Shown here piece by piece: positions 47,168 through 54,666 of a stretch of 64,000 bases of DNA; within the stretch, counting starts at the first letter, position 1, and each line of letters opens with the position of its first letter. The DNA lies in the NCBI GenBank assembly GCA_043820815.1, contig JBDRDJ010000012.1, positions 41,952 through 105,951 on the forward strand, read 5' to 3'. The notes beneath the pieces were generated by a model, which had not been told where the DNA came from, made no database searches, and saw only the letters and a program-made list of their open reading frames with translations. This DNA is from Candidatus Omnitrophota bacterium. Its GTDB lineage: Bacteria > Omnitrophota > Gorgyraeia > Duberdicusellales > 4484-171. The position numbers and the translations under genes are program-made.

Positions 47168-47727
47168 AAAACGTGCTTTTACATATATGCTGCGGGGTTT
47201 GTGCAATTTATTCCATAGAACAGCTTAAAGCTAAAGGATTTCAGGTTACGGGTTTTTTCTTTAATCCCAATATTTATCCTGAGAGTGAATATGAAAAGAG
47301 AAGGCAGGCCGCTAGATTGATAACGGATGAATCCGGAATCAGGTTAATAGAAGAAAATTATGATAATAATTTGTGGCAGGATATTTGCGGGAAATATAAA
47401 AGCGACAAAGAAGGTTCAAGGAGATGCTGTTTTTGTTATGAGTTTCGCCTTAAGAGAGCGTTTGAAGTAAGCAGGTTTGGTAATTATGATTATATTTGTA
47501 CGACTTTAACTATAAGCCCTCATAAAAACTTTAAAAACATTATTGTAATCGGCAATCAGATAGCAGGAGATGTTTTTTTGCCCATAGATTTTAAAAAACA
47601 TGATGGTTTCAAAAAGACAATCACAAAAGCCAAAGAGTTTGGCATTTATAGACAGAATTACTGCGGCTGTATCTATTCAAGACCAAAGAGAATGACAAAT
47701 GACCAAATCCCAATGACAAATGGATAA
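47164..47727 (+). CDS. queH: Epoxyqueuosine reductase QueH (DUF208)
   Basis: LLHICCGVCAIY, FFFNPNIYPESEYEKR, CCFCYEFRL, TTLTISPHKN and YRQNYCGCIYS. The last 12 codons run into the repeat at 47691. Confidence 0.8.
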   Translation: MKNVLLHICCGVCAIYSIEQLKAKGFQVTGFFFNPNIYPESEYEKRRQAARLITDESGIRLIEENYDNNLWQDICGKYKSDKEGSRRCCFCYEFRLKRAFEVSRFGNYDYICTTLTISPHKNFKNIIVIGNQIAGDVFLPIDFKKHDGFKKTITKAKEFGIYRQNYCGCIYSRPKRMTNDQIPMTNG

Positions 47728-47775
47728 TACATTTACATTTGACATTTGTAATTTGACATTTGTAATCGGTCATTT
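47691..47775 (+). repeat. ATGACAAATG / CATTTGTCAT word-hairpin spanning the queH stop codon
   Basis: Forward words are AATGACAAATGACC (47691-47704) and CAATGACAAATGG (47711-47723). Reverse words are CATTTGACATTTGTAATTTGACATTTGTAATCGGTCATTT (47736-47775). AAATGACC pairs with GGTCATTT. Confidence 0.6.
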
Positions 47776-47786
47776 ACCAAAGACCT

Positions 47787-48716
47787 ATGCGTGAGAAATA
47801 TTATTCCTTCAACCATTACCTTAAAGAGAAGTTTGGCCAGAGAGTGCATCGCATAAGCATTGATGCCGGGTTTGATTGCCCTAATATCGACGGGACATTA
47901 AGCAAAGACGGGTGTTCCTATTGTAACAATAAAGGGTTTTCTGTGAACACGGGAAAATTAAAATCAATTGAGGATCAAATTGAGGAGGCTATTGCATTTT
48001 ATCCTAAACGCTTTAAAGTGCAAAAATTTATTGCCTATTTTCAGCCTAACACCAATACATACGCTGACGTGGAAACTTTACGTGAGAAATACGATATAAT
48101 AAAGAAATACCCGCAAATAATAGGTTTATTTATTTCAACCAGGCCGGATTGTGTTGACGATGAAAAGATAAAACTCCTTTCTTCTTATGCCAAGAAATAC
48201 CTGGTATGGGTTGAATACGGATTACAAACAACCGATGACCGGTTGCTAATCGAAATTAACCGTAATCATACTTATGAAGATTTCTTATCCGCGCTTAATT
48301 TAACAAGGAGATACGGCATTAACGTAGCGGCCCATTTAATTTTTGGCTTGCCGGGGCAGAATCATGAAAAGATAATGGAGGATGCCAGGAGGCTTTCGAA
48401 TCTCGATATTCAGGGTATAAAATTTCATATTCTTCATGTGCTAAAGAAAACTAAGTTAGAAGGCCGTTACAATAAAGGCGGCTTCAAACTGTTAAGTGAG
48501 GCCGAGTATGTAAGGCTAATTTGTGATTTTTTAGAGAGGCTGCCGTCAGATTTAGCGGTTTTAAGGCTGGTTTCAACGGCAAACCCCGATTATCTTATAG
48601 CGCCGAAATGGATAAACAATAAGCATGCTGTTATTGACGCGATTAATAGAGAATTTATAAGGCGAGGAACATGCCAGGGTTTTTGCAAAACCCGAGAACA
48701 AATGCAAAATACGTAG
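47787..48716 (+). CDS. Radical SAM protein, TIGR01212 (YhcC-like) family
   Basis: HRISIDAGFDCPNIDGTLSKDGCSYCNNKGF N-terminal cluster motif characteristic of this family. Confidence 0.8.
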   Translation: MREKYYSFNHYLKEKFGQRVHRISIDAGFDCPNIDGTLSKDGCSYCNNKGFSVNTGKLKSIEDQIEEAIAFYPKRFKVQKFIAYFQPNTNTYADVETLREKYDIIKKYPQIIGLFISTRPDCVDDEKIKLLSSYAKKYLVWVEYGLQTTDDRLLIEINRNHTYEDFLSALNLTRRYGINVAAHLIFGLPGQNHEKIMEDARRLSNLDIQGIKFHILHVLKKTKLEGRYNKGGFKLLSEAEYVRLICDFLERLPSDLAVLRLVSTANPDYLIAPKWINNKHAVIDAINREFIRRGTCQGFCKTREQMQNT

Positions 48717-48770
48717 GGGCGGCCCTTGTGACCGAAGGCAACCCTGAGTATTCCTGAAGGGCGGCCGCCC
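48716..48770 (+). repeat. GC-rich imperfect hairpin between the radical SAM gene and dtd
   Basis: GGGCGG (48717-48722) pairs with CCGCCC (48765-48770). CCCTT (48723-48727) pairs with AAGGG (48757-48761). 3-nt bulge and 29-nt loop. Confidence 0.45.
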
Positions 48771-48785
48771 GTGATAATTCTTGTC

Positions 48786-49223
48786 ATGAAAATATTAGTA
48801 GTCCGAATCAATAAAGGGTCAATTTCGGTTGAAGGTAAGGTTGTTGCCTCAGTCGGTAAAGGTATAGCTCTCTTTGTCGGCATAGAAAAAGATGACACAA
48901 ATGAGAAATTTATCTCAATTGCCGATAAGATAATTAATTTAAGAATTTTCGAGAATGATCAGGGAAAAATGTATTATTCTGTTAAAGATAAGAATTATCA
49001 AGTTTTAAGTATACCCAATTTTACCCTGTGCGCCAGCACTGAAAAAGGCAGGCGCCCTTCTTTTGAGCTTTCAAAAGATCCAGGCGAAGCAAAGAAAATG
49101 TTTGAAGATTTAAATTTGATTATCTCTTCAGCGGGTGTTAGCCTTGAGCCGGGCGTTTTTGGTGCTCATATGGATATTGACCTTGTGCTTGACGGCCCGG
49201 TCAACATAATTCTGAATTTTTAA
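48786..49223 (+). CDS. dtd: D-aminoacyl-tRNA deacylase
   Basis: MKILVVRINKGSISVEG..GKGIALFVGI, NLRIFEND, GRRPSF and LDGPVNIILNF match the Dtd pattern. The ORF opens at GTG 48771. Confidence 0.9.
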   Translation: MKILVVRINKGSISVEGKVVASVGKGIALFVGIEKDDTNEKFISIADKIINLRIFENDQGKMYYSVKDKNYQVLSIPNFTLCASTEKGRRPSFELSKDPGEAKKMFEDLNLIISSAGVSLEPGVFGAHMDIDLVLDGPVNIILNF

Positions 49224-49251
49224 TTTTCGATATTTAATATTTAATTTTACT

Positions 49252-50007
49252 ATGTATCCGGTATTATTCAAAATCGGCCCCATTTCAATATACACTTACG
49301 GAGTATTTGTCTGTTTAGGGGTAATTTCAGGATTTTTTGTTTCAGAGCGTTACGCGTTGAAATCAGCTATTGATAAGCAGACTTTTAGAGAGGTGGCTTT
49401 CTGGGTAATTGTTTCTTCGTTCGCGGGGGCAAGGCTTTTTTATTGTATAATAGAATTTCCCGCTTTTTTATCTGACCCCTTTGGGTTATTGCTGGGCAGG
49501 AGCGGTTTTGTATTCTATGGAGGGTTTATCTGTGGCTTTCTCTCGTTATATTTATTATCCAGGAAGTTCAAAATAAGCTACTCAAAGTTATTAGACGTAT
49601 TTTCTCTTGGCCTTCCCCTGGGGCATTCCTTAGGCAGAATCGGTTGTTTTTTTTACGGGTGCTGCTACGGAAGGGTCACCGATTCTTTCTTTGGGGTTGT
49701 TTTCTCTCCCGAAAGCCCCGCAGGTTATTTAGGCCGGAAAATCATACCGACACAGCTTATATCTTCCTTTTTTCTTTTCATGATTTTTTTAACCTTGTTT
49801 TTTTTAAAACGTAAAAAGTTATTCACAGGCCGGCTATTTTTAACCTATGTTTTTCTTTACGGTTCTTTCAGGTTCGTTATTGAGTTTTTCCGGGCAGACC
49901 CCAGAGGAACAACTGGTCCCTTATCAACATCTCAGTTTATTGCAGTTATCGCTATATTTATAGGGATTTTTTTATGGTTTGATTGGAGGAAGAAATCTTT
50001 GTCTTGA
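49252..50007 (+). CDS. lgt: Prolipoprotein diacylglyceryl transferase
   Basis: Polytopic. GPISIYTYGVFVCLG, GARLFY, and the GHSLGRIGCFFYGCCYG and IPTQLISS motifs. Confidence 0.9.
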   Translation: MYPVLFKIGPISIYTYGVFVCLGVISGFFVSERYALKSAIDKQTFREVAFWVIVSSFAGARLFYCIIEFPAFLSDPFGLLLGRSGFVFYGGFICGFLSLYLLSRKFKISYSKLLDVFSLGLPLGHSLGRIGCFFYGCCYGRVTDSFFGVVFSPESPAGYLGRKIIPTQLISSFFLFMIFLTLFFLKRKKLFTGRLFLTYVFLYGSFRFVIEFFRADPRGTTGPLSTSQFIAVIAIFIGIFLWFDWRKKSLS

Positions 50008-50015
50008 TTGTTATT

Positions 50016-50029
50016 TATATATATATATA
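50016..50029. repeat. (TA)7 microsatellite upstream of nadE, overlapping a TATAAT hexamer
   Basis: TATATATATATATA at 50016-50029. TATAAT at 50026-50031. ATG 50043 lies 11 nt later, with no SD. Confidence 0.8.
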
Positions 50030-50042
50030 ATGGATTTCCAAT

Positions 50043-51650
50043 ATGATTAAAATAGCGTTAGCTCAAATTAATTTTATTGTTGGCGACTTAGAGGGAAATT
50101 CTTATAAAATAACGCAAACTATTGGTAAATCGCGCAAAAATGGAGTTGATATCGTTATTTTCCCTGAGCTCGCCCTTGTCGGTTATCCTCCCGAAGACCT
50201 TCTGCATAAGCCCCACTTTGTTGAGAAGAATTTATCCTGCCTTAACGCTATAGCTAAAGAATGCTCTGATATAGTTGCAATGATTGGTTTTGTTGATACT
50301 TATAAAGGGCGAATTTATAATGCCTGCGCTTTAATTCAGGATAGAAAAGTAGTGGATGTATACCGTAAAATAAACTTACCGAATTACGGCGTATTTGATG
50401 AAAAGCGGTATTTTTCTGCCGGAGACAGCCTTTCTTTTTACGAAATCGGCGCCTACAAGTTTGCGGTAAGCATCTGCGAAGATATCTGGTGTAATAATTT
50501 CGTAAGTGCGTTAAAAGGTAAAGATATTGATTTTGCCGTAAATATCTCAGCCTCTCCGTTTCATCTTGGTAAAACATTACAGAGAGAAAAAGCGTTGTCT
50601 AAGGCTGCGAAAGAAACAGGAGCATTCGTTTTCTATTGCAATCTAACAGGCGGCCAGGATGAACTTGTTTTTGACGGAACAAGTAAAGTGTACTCTCCGA
50701 AAGGTATTTTAGCTAAGCGGGCAAAAAGATTTACCGATGATTTTCTCACATTCAATTTAACAAAAAATAAAGAATATGAACTGTTTAAATGCAGAAAAAT
50801 TCACGAAACCGAAGAGGCTTATCTGGCTTTAGAGCTCGGGCTTAAGGATTATGTCAGAAAGAACGGTTTTTCTAAAGTTGTCGTTGGGGTAAGCGGCGGT
50901 ATAGACTCGGCGGTGGTTGCCGCACTTTCTGCTTTGGCTCTCGGGAAAAGTAACGTTTACGGCCTTATTATGCCTTCTCGTTACACATCTTCGGATACTT
51001 TTAATGACGCTAAAAAGATTTGTGGAAATATCGGCATAAAGTATAAAATAATTGATATTGAGGAAGCCTTTAAATCATTTATTAATTCTTTGAGGCTGGC
51101 TTTCGGCGGTAAAGTACGTGATATAACCGAAGAAAATCTTCAAGCCCGGATCAGAGGCAGTATCCTTATGGCTTTCTCGAATAATTTCGGTTATCTTGTG
51201 TTAAACACCGGAAACAAGAGTGAGGTTTCCTGCGGTTATTGCACGTTATATGGAGATATGGTTGGAGGATTCGGCCTCTTAAAGGATGTTCCTAAGACCT
51301 TAGTGTATAAACTTGCCCGTCATATGAATAAGGCTGCAGGCCGTAATATTATTCCGCTTTCTGTCATGCGCCGGGCACCTTCGGCAGAGCTTAAGCCAAA
51401 CCAGAAAGACAGTGACAGCCTTCCCGAATACGGCTTGTTAGACCCTATCTTGAAGTTATATGTAGAAGACGATTGCTCTATAGATGATATTGTAAAAAAG
51501 GGATTTAAGAAAAACATGGTTTCGCGGGTTATTAAAATGGTTGATTCAAATGAATATAAAAGGCGTCAAGGCCCCATTGGAATAAAGATTACACCGCGTT
51601 CATTCGGAAAGGACAGAAGGATGCCGATCACCAACAAATTTTCCGTTTAG
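50043..51650 (+). CDS. nadE: Glutamine-dependent NAD+ synthetase
   Basis: N-terminal CN-hydrolase domain (FPELALVGYPPEDL, ICEDIW) and C-terminal NAD synthase domain (GVSGGIDSAV). Confidence 0.9.
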   Translation: MIKIALAQINFIVGDLEGNSYKITQTIGKSRKNGVDIVIFPELALVGYPPEDLLHKPHFVEKNLSCLNAIAKECSDIVAMIGFVDTYKGRIYNACALIQDRKVVDVYRKINLPNYGVFDEKRYFSAGDSLSFYEIGAYKFAVSICEDIWCNNFVSALKGKDIDFAVNISASPFHLGKTLQREKALSKAAKETGAFVFYCNLTGGQDELVFDGTSKVYSPKGILAKRAKRFTDDFLTFNLTKNKEYELFKCRKIHETEEAYLALELGLKDYVRKNGFSKVVVGVSGGIDSAVVAALSALALGKSNVYGLIMPSRYTSSDTFNDAKKICGNIGIKYKIIDIEEAFKSFINSLRLAFGGKVRDITEENLQARIRGSILMAFSNNFGYLVLNTGNKSEVSCGYCTLYGDMVGGFGLLKDVPKTLVYKLARHMNKAAGRNIIPLSVMRRAPSAELKPNQKDSDSLPEYGLLDPILKLYVEDDCSIDDIVKKGFKKNMVSRVIKMVDSNEYKRRQGPIGIKITPRSFGKDRRMPITNKFSV

Positions 51651-51653
51651 GTA

Positions 51654-51675
51654 CGGACGCGATTCATCGCGTCCG
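51654..51675 (+). repeat. Perfect 9-bp hairpin between nadE and eno
   Basis: CGGACGCGA (51654-51662) pairs with TCGCGTCCG (51667-51675). The loop is TTCA. No U-tract follows, and the AAGGAG SD of eno comes next. Confidence 0.6.
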
Positions 51676-51692
51676 CAAGAAAGGAGAAAAAC

Positions 51693-52976
51693 ATGAGCAA
51701 AATTAAGAAAGTAAAGGCAAGAGAGGTTCTTGATTCAAGAGGCAATCCCACAGTTGAGGTTGATGTTTTGCTTGCAGGAGGCGCATTCGGCCGCGCGATT
51801 GTCCCCTCAGGGGCTTCAACCGGTGAACATGAAGCTATTGAATTACGGGACGAAGATCCGAAGCGCTACTCGGGAAAAGGTGTCTTAAAGGCGGTAGATA
51901 ATGTAAGCACGAAAATATTTGCCCGCATTAAAGGCATGGAATCTGATTTTCGAAAGATCGACAAAGTCCTTTTGGAGCTCGACGGAACGGTAAATAAGTC
52001 AAAATTAGGCGCCAATGCTATTTTGGGCGTATCAATGGCAGTTGCTAAAGCAGCGGCTAACGAGAGGAAAATATCACTTTATAAATACTTTGGTAAGTCA
52101 AAAGCGGTAATCCTTCCGGTTCCGCTTATGAATATTTTAAACGGCGGAATGCACGCAGATAATAATCTTGATATACAGGAATTTATGATTGTGCCTTCAG
52201 GGTTTAAGACTTTTAAGCGGGCGCTTCAAGCGGCAGCAGAGGTTTTTCACAGTTTAAAATCAATTCTTAAGAAAGATATGCTCTCGACTTCAGTGGGTGA
52301 TGAAGGAGGTTTTGCTCCCAGCCTTAAGGCTAACGAGCAAGCGCTTGAGTTGATGCTCGATGCTATCACTAAAGCAGGCTATAAGCCCGGCAAAGAGGTT
52401 TCGTTTGCTCTTGATGTAGCAGCAAGTTCATTTTACAAGAAAAGTTCCTATATATTTGAAGGAAATCCCGTTAATTCTGATTATCTTATTAACTACTATG
52501 GCAAATTGTTAGATAAATACCCCATTGTGTCCATAGAGGATGGTTTGGATGAAAATGACTGGGGTGGATGGGCAAAGCTTACTAAGGAATTGGGTAAAAG
52601 GGCTCAGCTTGTAGGTGATGACCTTTTTGTTACTAATACCAAAATGTTAAAAAGAGGCATTTCAGAAGGAATTGCAAATTCAATACTTATTAAAGTAAAC
52701 CAGATAGGAACACTTTCTGAAACCTTTGATGCTGTTAACACTGCTTTGAAGAATAAGTATACGGCTGTGATATCGCATCGTTCAGGCGAGACAGAGGATA
52801 CGATAATTTCCCATTTAGCGGTTGCAACAGGCTGCGGCCAGATAAAAACCGGTTCATTGTCCCGAACCGACAGGATTGCCAAATACAATGAGCTTTTAAG
52901 AATCGAGGAGGAATTAGGGGCAAAGGCGTGTTATGATGGCAGGGCTCTTACCTACAAGGTTTATCAGATGGTTTAA
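51693..52976 (+). CDS. eno: Enolase (phosphopyruvate hydratase)
   Basis: [40 protein letters not shown] and SHRSGETED. Confidence 0.97.
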   Translation: MSKIKKVKAREVLDSRGNPTVEVDVLLAGGAFGRAIVPSGASTGEHEAIELRDEDPKRYSGKGVLKAVDNVSTKIFARIKGMESDFRKIDKVLLELDGTVNKSKLGANAILGVSMAVAKAAANERKISLYKYFGKSKAVILPVPLMNILNGGMHADNNLDIQEFMIVPSGFKTFKRALQAAAEVFHSLKSILKKDMLSTSVGDEGGFAPSLKANEQALELMLDAITKAGYKPGKEVSFALDVAASSFYKKSSYIFEGNPVNSDYLINYYGKLLDKYPIVSIEDGLDENDWGGWAKLTKELGKRAQLVGDDLFVTNTKMLKRGISEGIANSILIKVNQIGTLSETFDAVNTALKNKYTAVISHRSGETEDTIISHLAVATGCGQIKTGSLSRTDRIAKYNELLRIEEELGAKACYDGRALTYKVYQMV

Positions 52977-53229
52977 AATAGCCGCTGTTTTAAGCGCAGT
53001 TATTGTTTTTGCCATGGTTGTCTATTTTCCTAACCTTTCCAAGCTAAAGCAGCTGAGGGCGGAAAATGCCAAGCTGGCAAAAGAACAGGATAATTTGCGA
53101 GTCAAGATAAACGAGCTGCGTGAAAATATTGAAGCGGTAAAAACCGACCCTTCTCTTTTTGAACAGCTTGCGCGTGACACCATAGGAGTCGCCAAAGAAG
53201 ACGAAATAGTTATTGACATAGAGGAATAA
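52933..53229 (+). CDS. ftsB: Septum formation initiator FtsB/DivIC family protein
   Basis: 98 aa. One TM, then a coiled coil ([30 protein letters not shown]) and [22 protein letters not shown]. Conserved eno-ftsB adjacency. 44-nt overlap with eno. Confidence 0.7.
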   Translation: MMAGLLPTRFIRWFKIAAVLSAVIVFAMVVYFPNLSKLKQLRAENAKLAKEQDNLRVKINELRENIEAVKTDPSLFEQLARDTIGVAKEDEIVIDIEE

Positions 53230-53268
53230 ATTGTTAGAATACGCAATACGAATTGTTGTTTGAAATTT

Positions 53269-53345
53269 CGCGGGGTGGAGCAGCCAGGTAGCTCGCAAGG
53301 CTCATAACCTTGAGGTCGTCAGTTCAACTCTGACCCCCGCAACCA
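53269..53345 (+). tRNA. Initiator tRNA-fMet (anticodon CAT), CCA encoded
   Basis: The 77-nt cloverleaf was folded by hand: acceptor CGCGGGG/CCCCGCA with a C1-A72 mismatch, an A11-U24 pair, anticodon loop CTCATAA and T-loop TTCAACT. It is near-identical in layout to E. coli tRNA-fMet. Confidence 0.9.
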
Positions 53346-53359
53346 TTGTTTTAGTTTAG

Positions 53360-53395
53360 AAGGCCTTGGTTTTATAGCCAAGGCCTTATTTATTT
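53360..53395 (+). terminator. Rho-independent terminator after the tRNA
   Basis: Perfect 10-bp stem AAGGCCTTGG (53360-53369) with CCAAGGCCTT (53378-53387). 8-nt loop, followed by ATTTATTT. Confidence 0.7.
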
Positions 53396-53503
53396 GAAGC
53401 CCGCCCAAGCCCCTGCCCCTAACTTTTTTAGATTAAAACTTTCAACCTTCCCCCGGGCATAATTTCCTTATAATTAGCTTATATTTATAGTATAATATTA
53501 ATT

Positions 53504-54643
53504 ATGGTTTTAGAAAACTATGAAGTTTCAGTGGTTTTGCCCTGCTATAACGAGCAGGAGTCAATAGCAGCCTGTGTAGAGAAGATAAAAGGTGTTTTTG
53601 CCAAAGAAAATATACACGGAGAAATCATAGTAGTTGATAATAATTCAACCGATTCTTCAGCCCGTATTGCTAAGCAGTCAGGTGCTGAAATAGTTTTTCA
53701 GCCGATAAAGGGATACGGTGCCGCATATATCAAAGGTTTAGAAACGGCCCGCGCCCCTTTTATTATTATGGGTGATGCAGATAACACTTATGATTTTAAT
53801 GATATTCCCAGGTTTTTAGAGAAGCTGCGTAGTGGCTATGGCCTTGTGATGGGCTCACGTTTTAAAGGTAAAATCCACAAGGGTGCAATGCCATGGGCTA
53901 ACCGTTATATAGGCAATCCTATCCTTTCAGGGCTGTGCAGGTTGTTTTTCCGGACAAAACTTTCAGATATACACTGCGGAATGCGCGGATTTACAAAAGA
54001 GGCTTATCTTGTTATGAATCTGAGGTGCCTTGGAATGGAGTTTGCCACAGAAATGGTAATGGAGGCTTTGCAGAAAAAGTTAAAGATAACCGAAATACCC
54101 ATAGATTATTATCCAAGGGGAGGCGAGTCAAAATTAAGGCCAATAAGGGATGCCTGGCGGCACATGCGCTTTATGCTTATTTTTTGCCCAACATGGCTTT
54201 ATCTTTTTCCCGGGCTGTTTCTTACTGTTTTTGGAATATTAGGATTGTTTTTGCTTGCCCCGGGGCCGTTTATGTTTTTAGGAAGGTTTTGGGATATCCA
54301 TGTTATGGTATTGTGCTCTCTTTTAAGTATATTCGGCTATCAGCTTATGAGCATGGGTATGTTTGCCAAAACCTTTGCCGTAAAAGAAGGGTATCTTGCA
54401 GAGGATAAAACATTTTCCTTTTTAGCTAAGAATTTCAAACTCGAAACAGGGTTATTTTTAGGTTTTGTCTTTTTCTTATTTGGTTTTTCAATTAACTTTC
54501 TTATTTTTATCGAGTGGTGGCAGAAAGCATTCGGAGCTCTTTTTAGAATAAGAGAAACAATCCTTGCAGTCACCCTTATGATAGTAGGCTTACAAACTAT
54601 GTTTTCTTCATTTTTTGTCAGTCTTATCGTTATTGAAAGATAA
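53504..54643 (+). CDS. GT2 polyprenyl-phosphate sugar synthase-like glycosyltransferase (DPM1/GtrB/ArnC type) with C-terminal TM bundle
   Basis: VSVVLPCYNEQESI, VVDNNSTDSS and MGDADNTYD (DxD). The C-terminal third has about four hydrophobic helices. Confidence 0.8.
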   Translation: MVLENYEVSVVLPCYNEQESIAACVEKIKGVFAKENIHGEIIVVDNNSTDSSARIAKQSGAEIVFQPIKGYGAAYIKGLETARAPFIIMGDADNTYDFNDIPRFLEKLRSGYGLVMGSRFKGKIHKGAMPWANRYIGNPILSGLCRLFFRTKLSDIHCGMRGFTKEAYLVMNLRCLGMEFATEMVMEALQKKLKITEIPIDYYPRGGESKLRPIRDAWRHMRFMLIFCPTWLYLFPGLFLTVFGILGLFLLAPGPFMFLGRFWDIHVMVLCSLLSIFGYQLMSMGMFAKTFAVKEGYLAEDKTFSFLAKNFKLETGLFLGFVFFLFGFSINFLIFIEWWQKAFGALFRIRETILAVTLMIVGLQTMFSSFFVSLIVIER

Positions 54644-54666
54644 AGTGTTTTAAAGTTGATTTCAAG

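Noticed and set aside
53935-54408. 157-aa alternative-frame ORF within the GT2 gene
   Set aside because: It is on the same strand but out of frame with a gene that has clear GT2 motifs. Its translation is Arg/Cys-rich with no domain.
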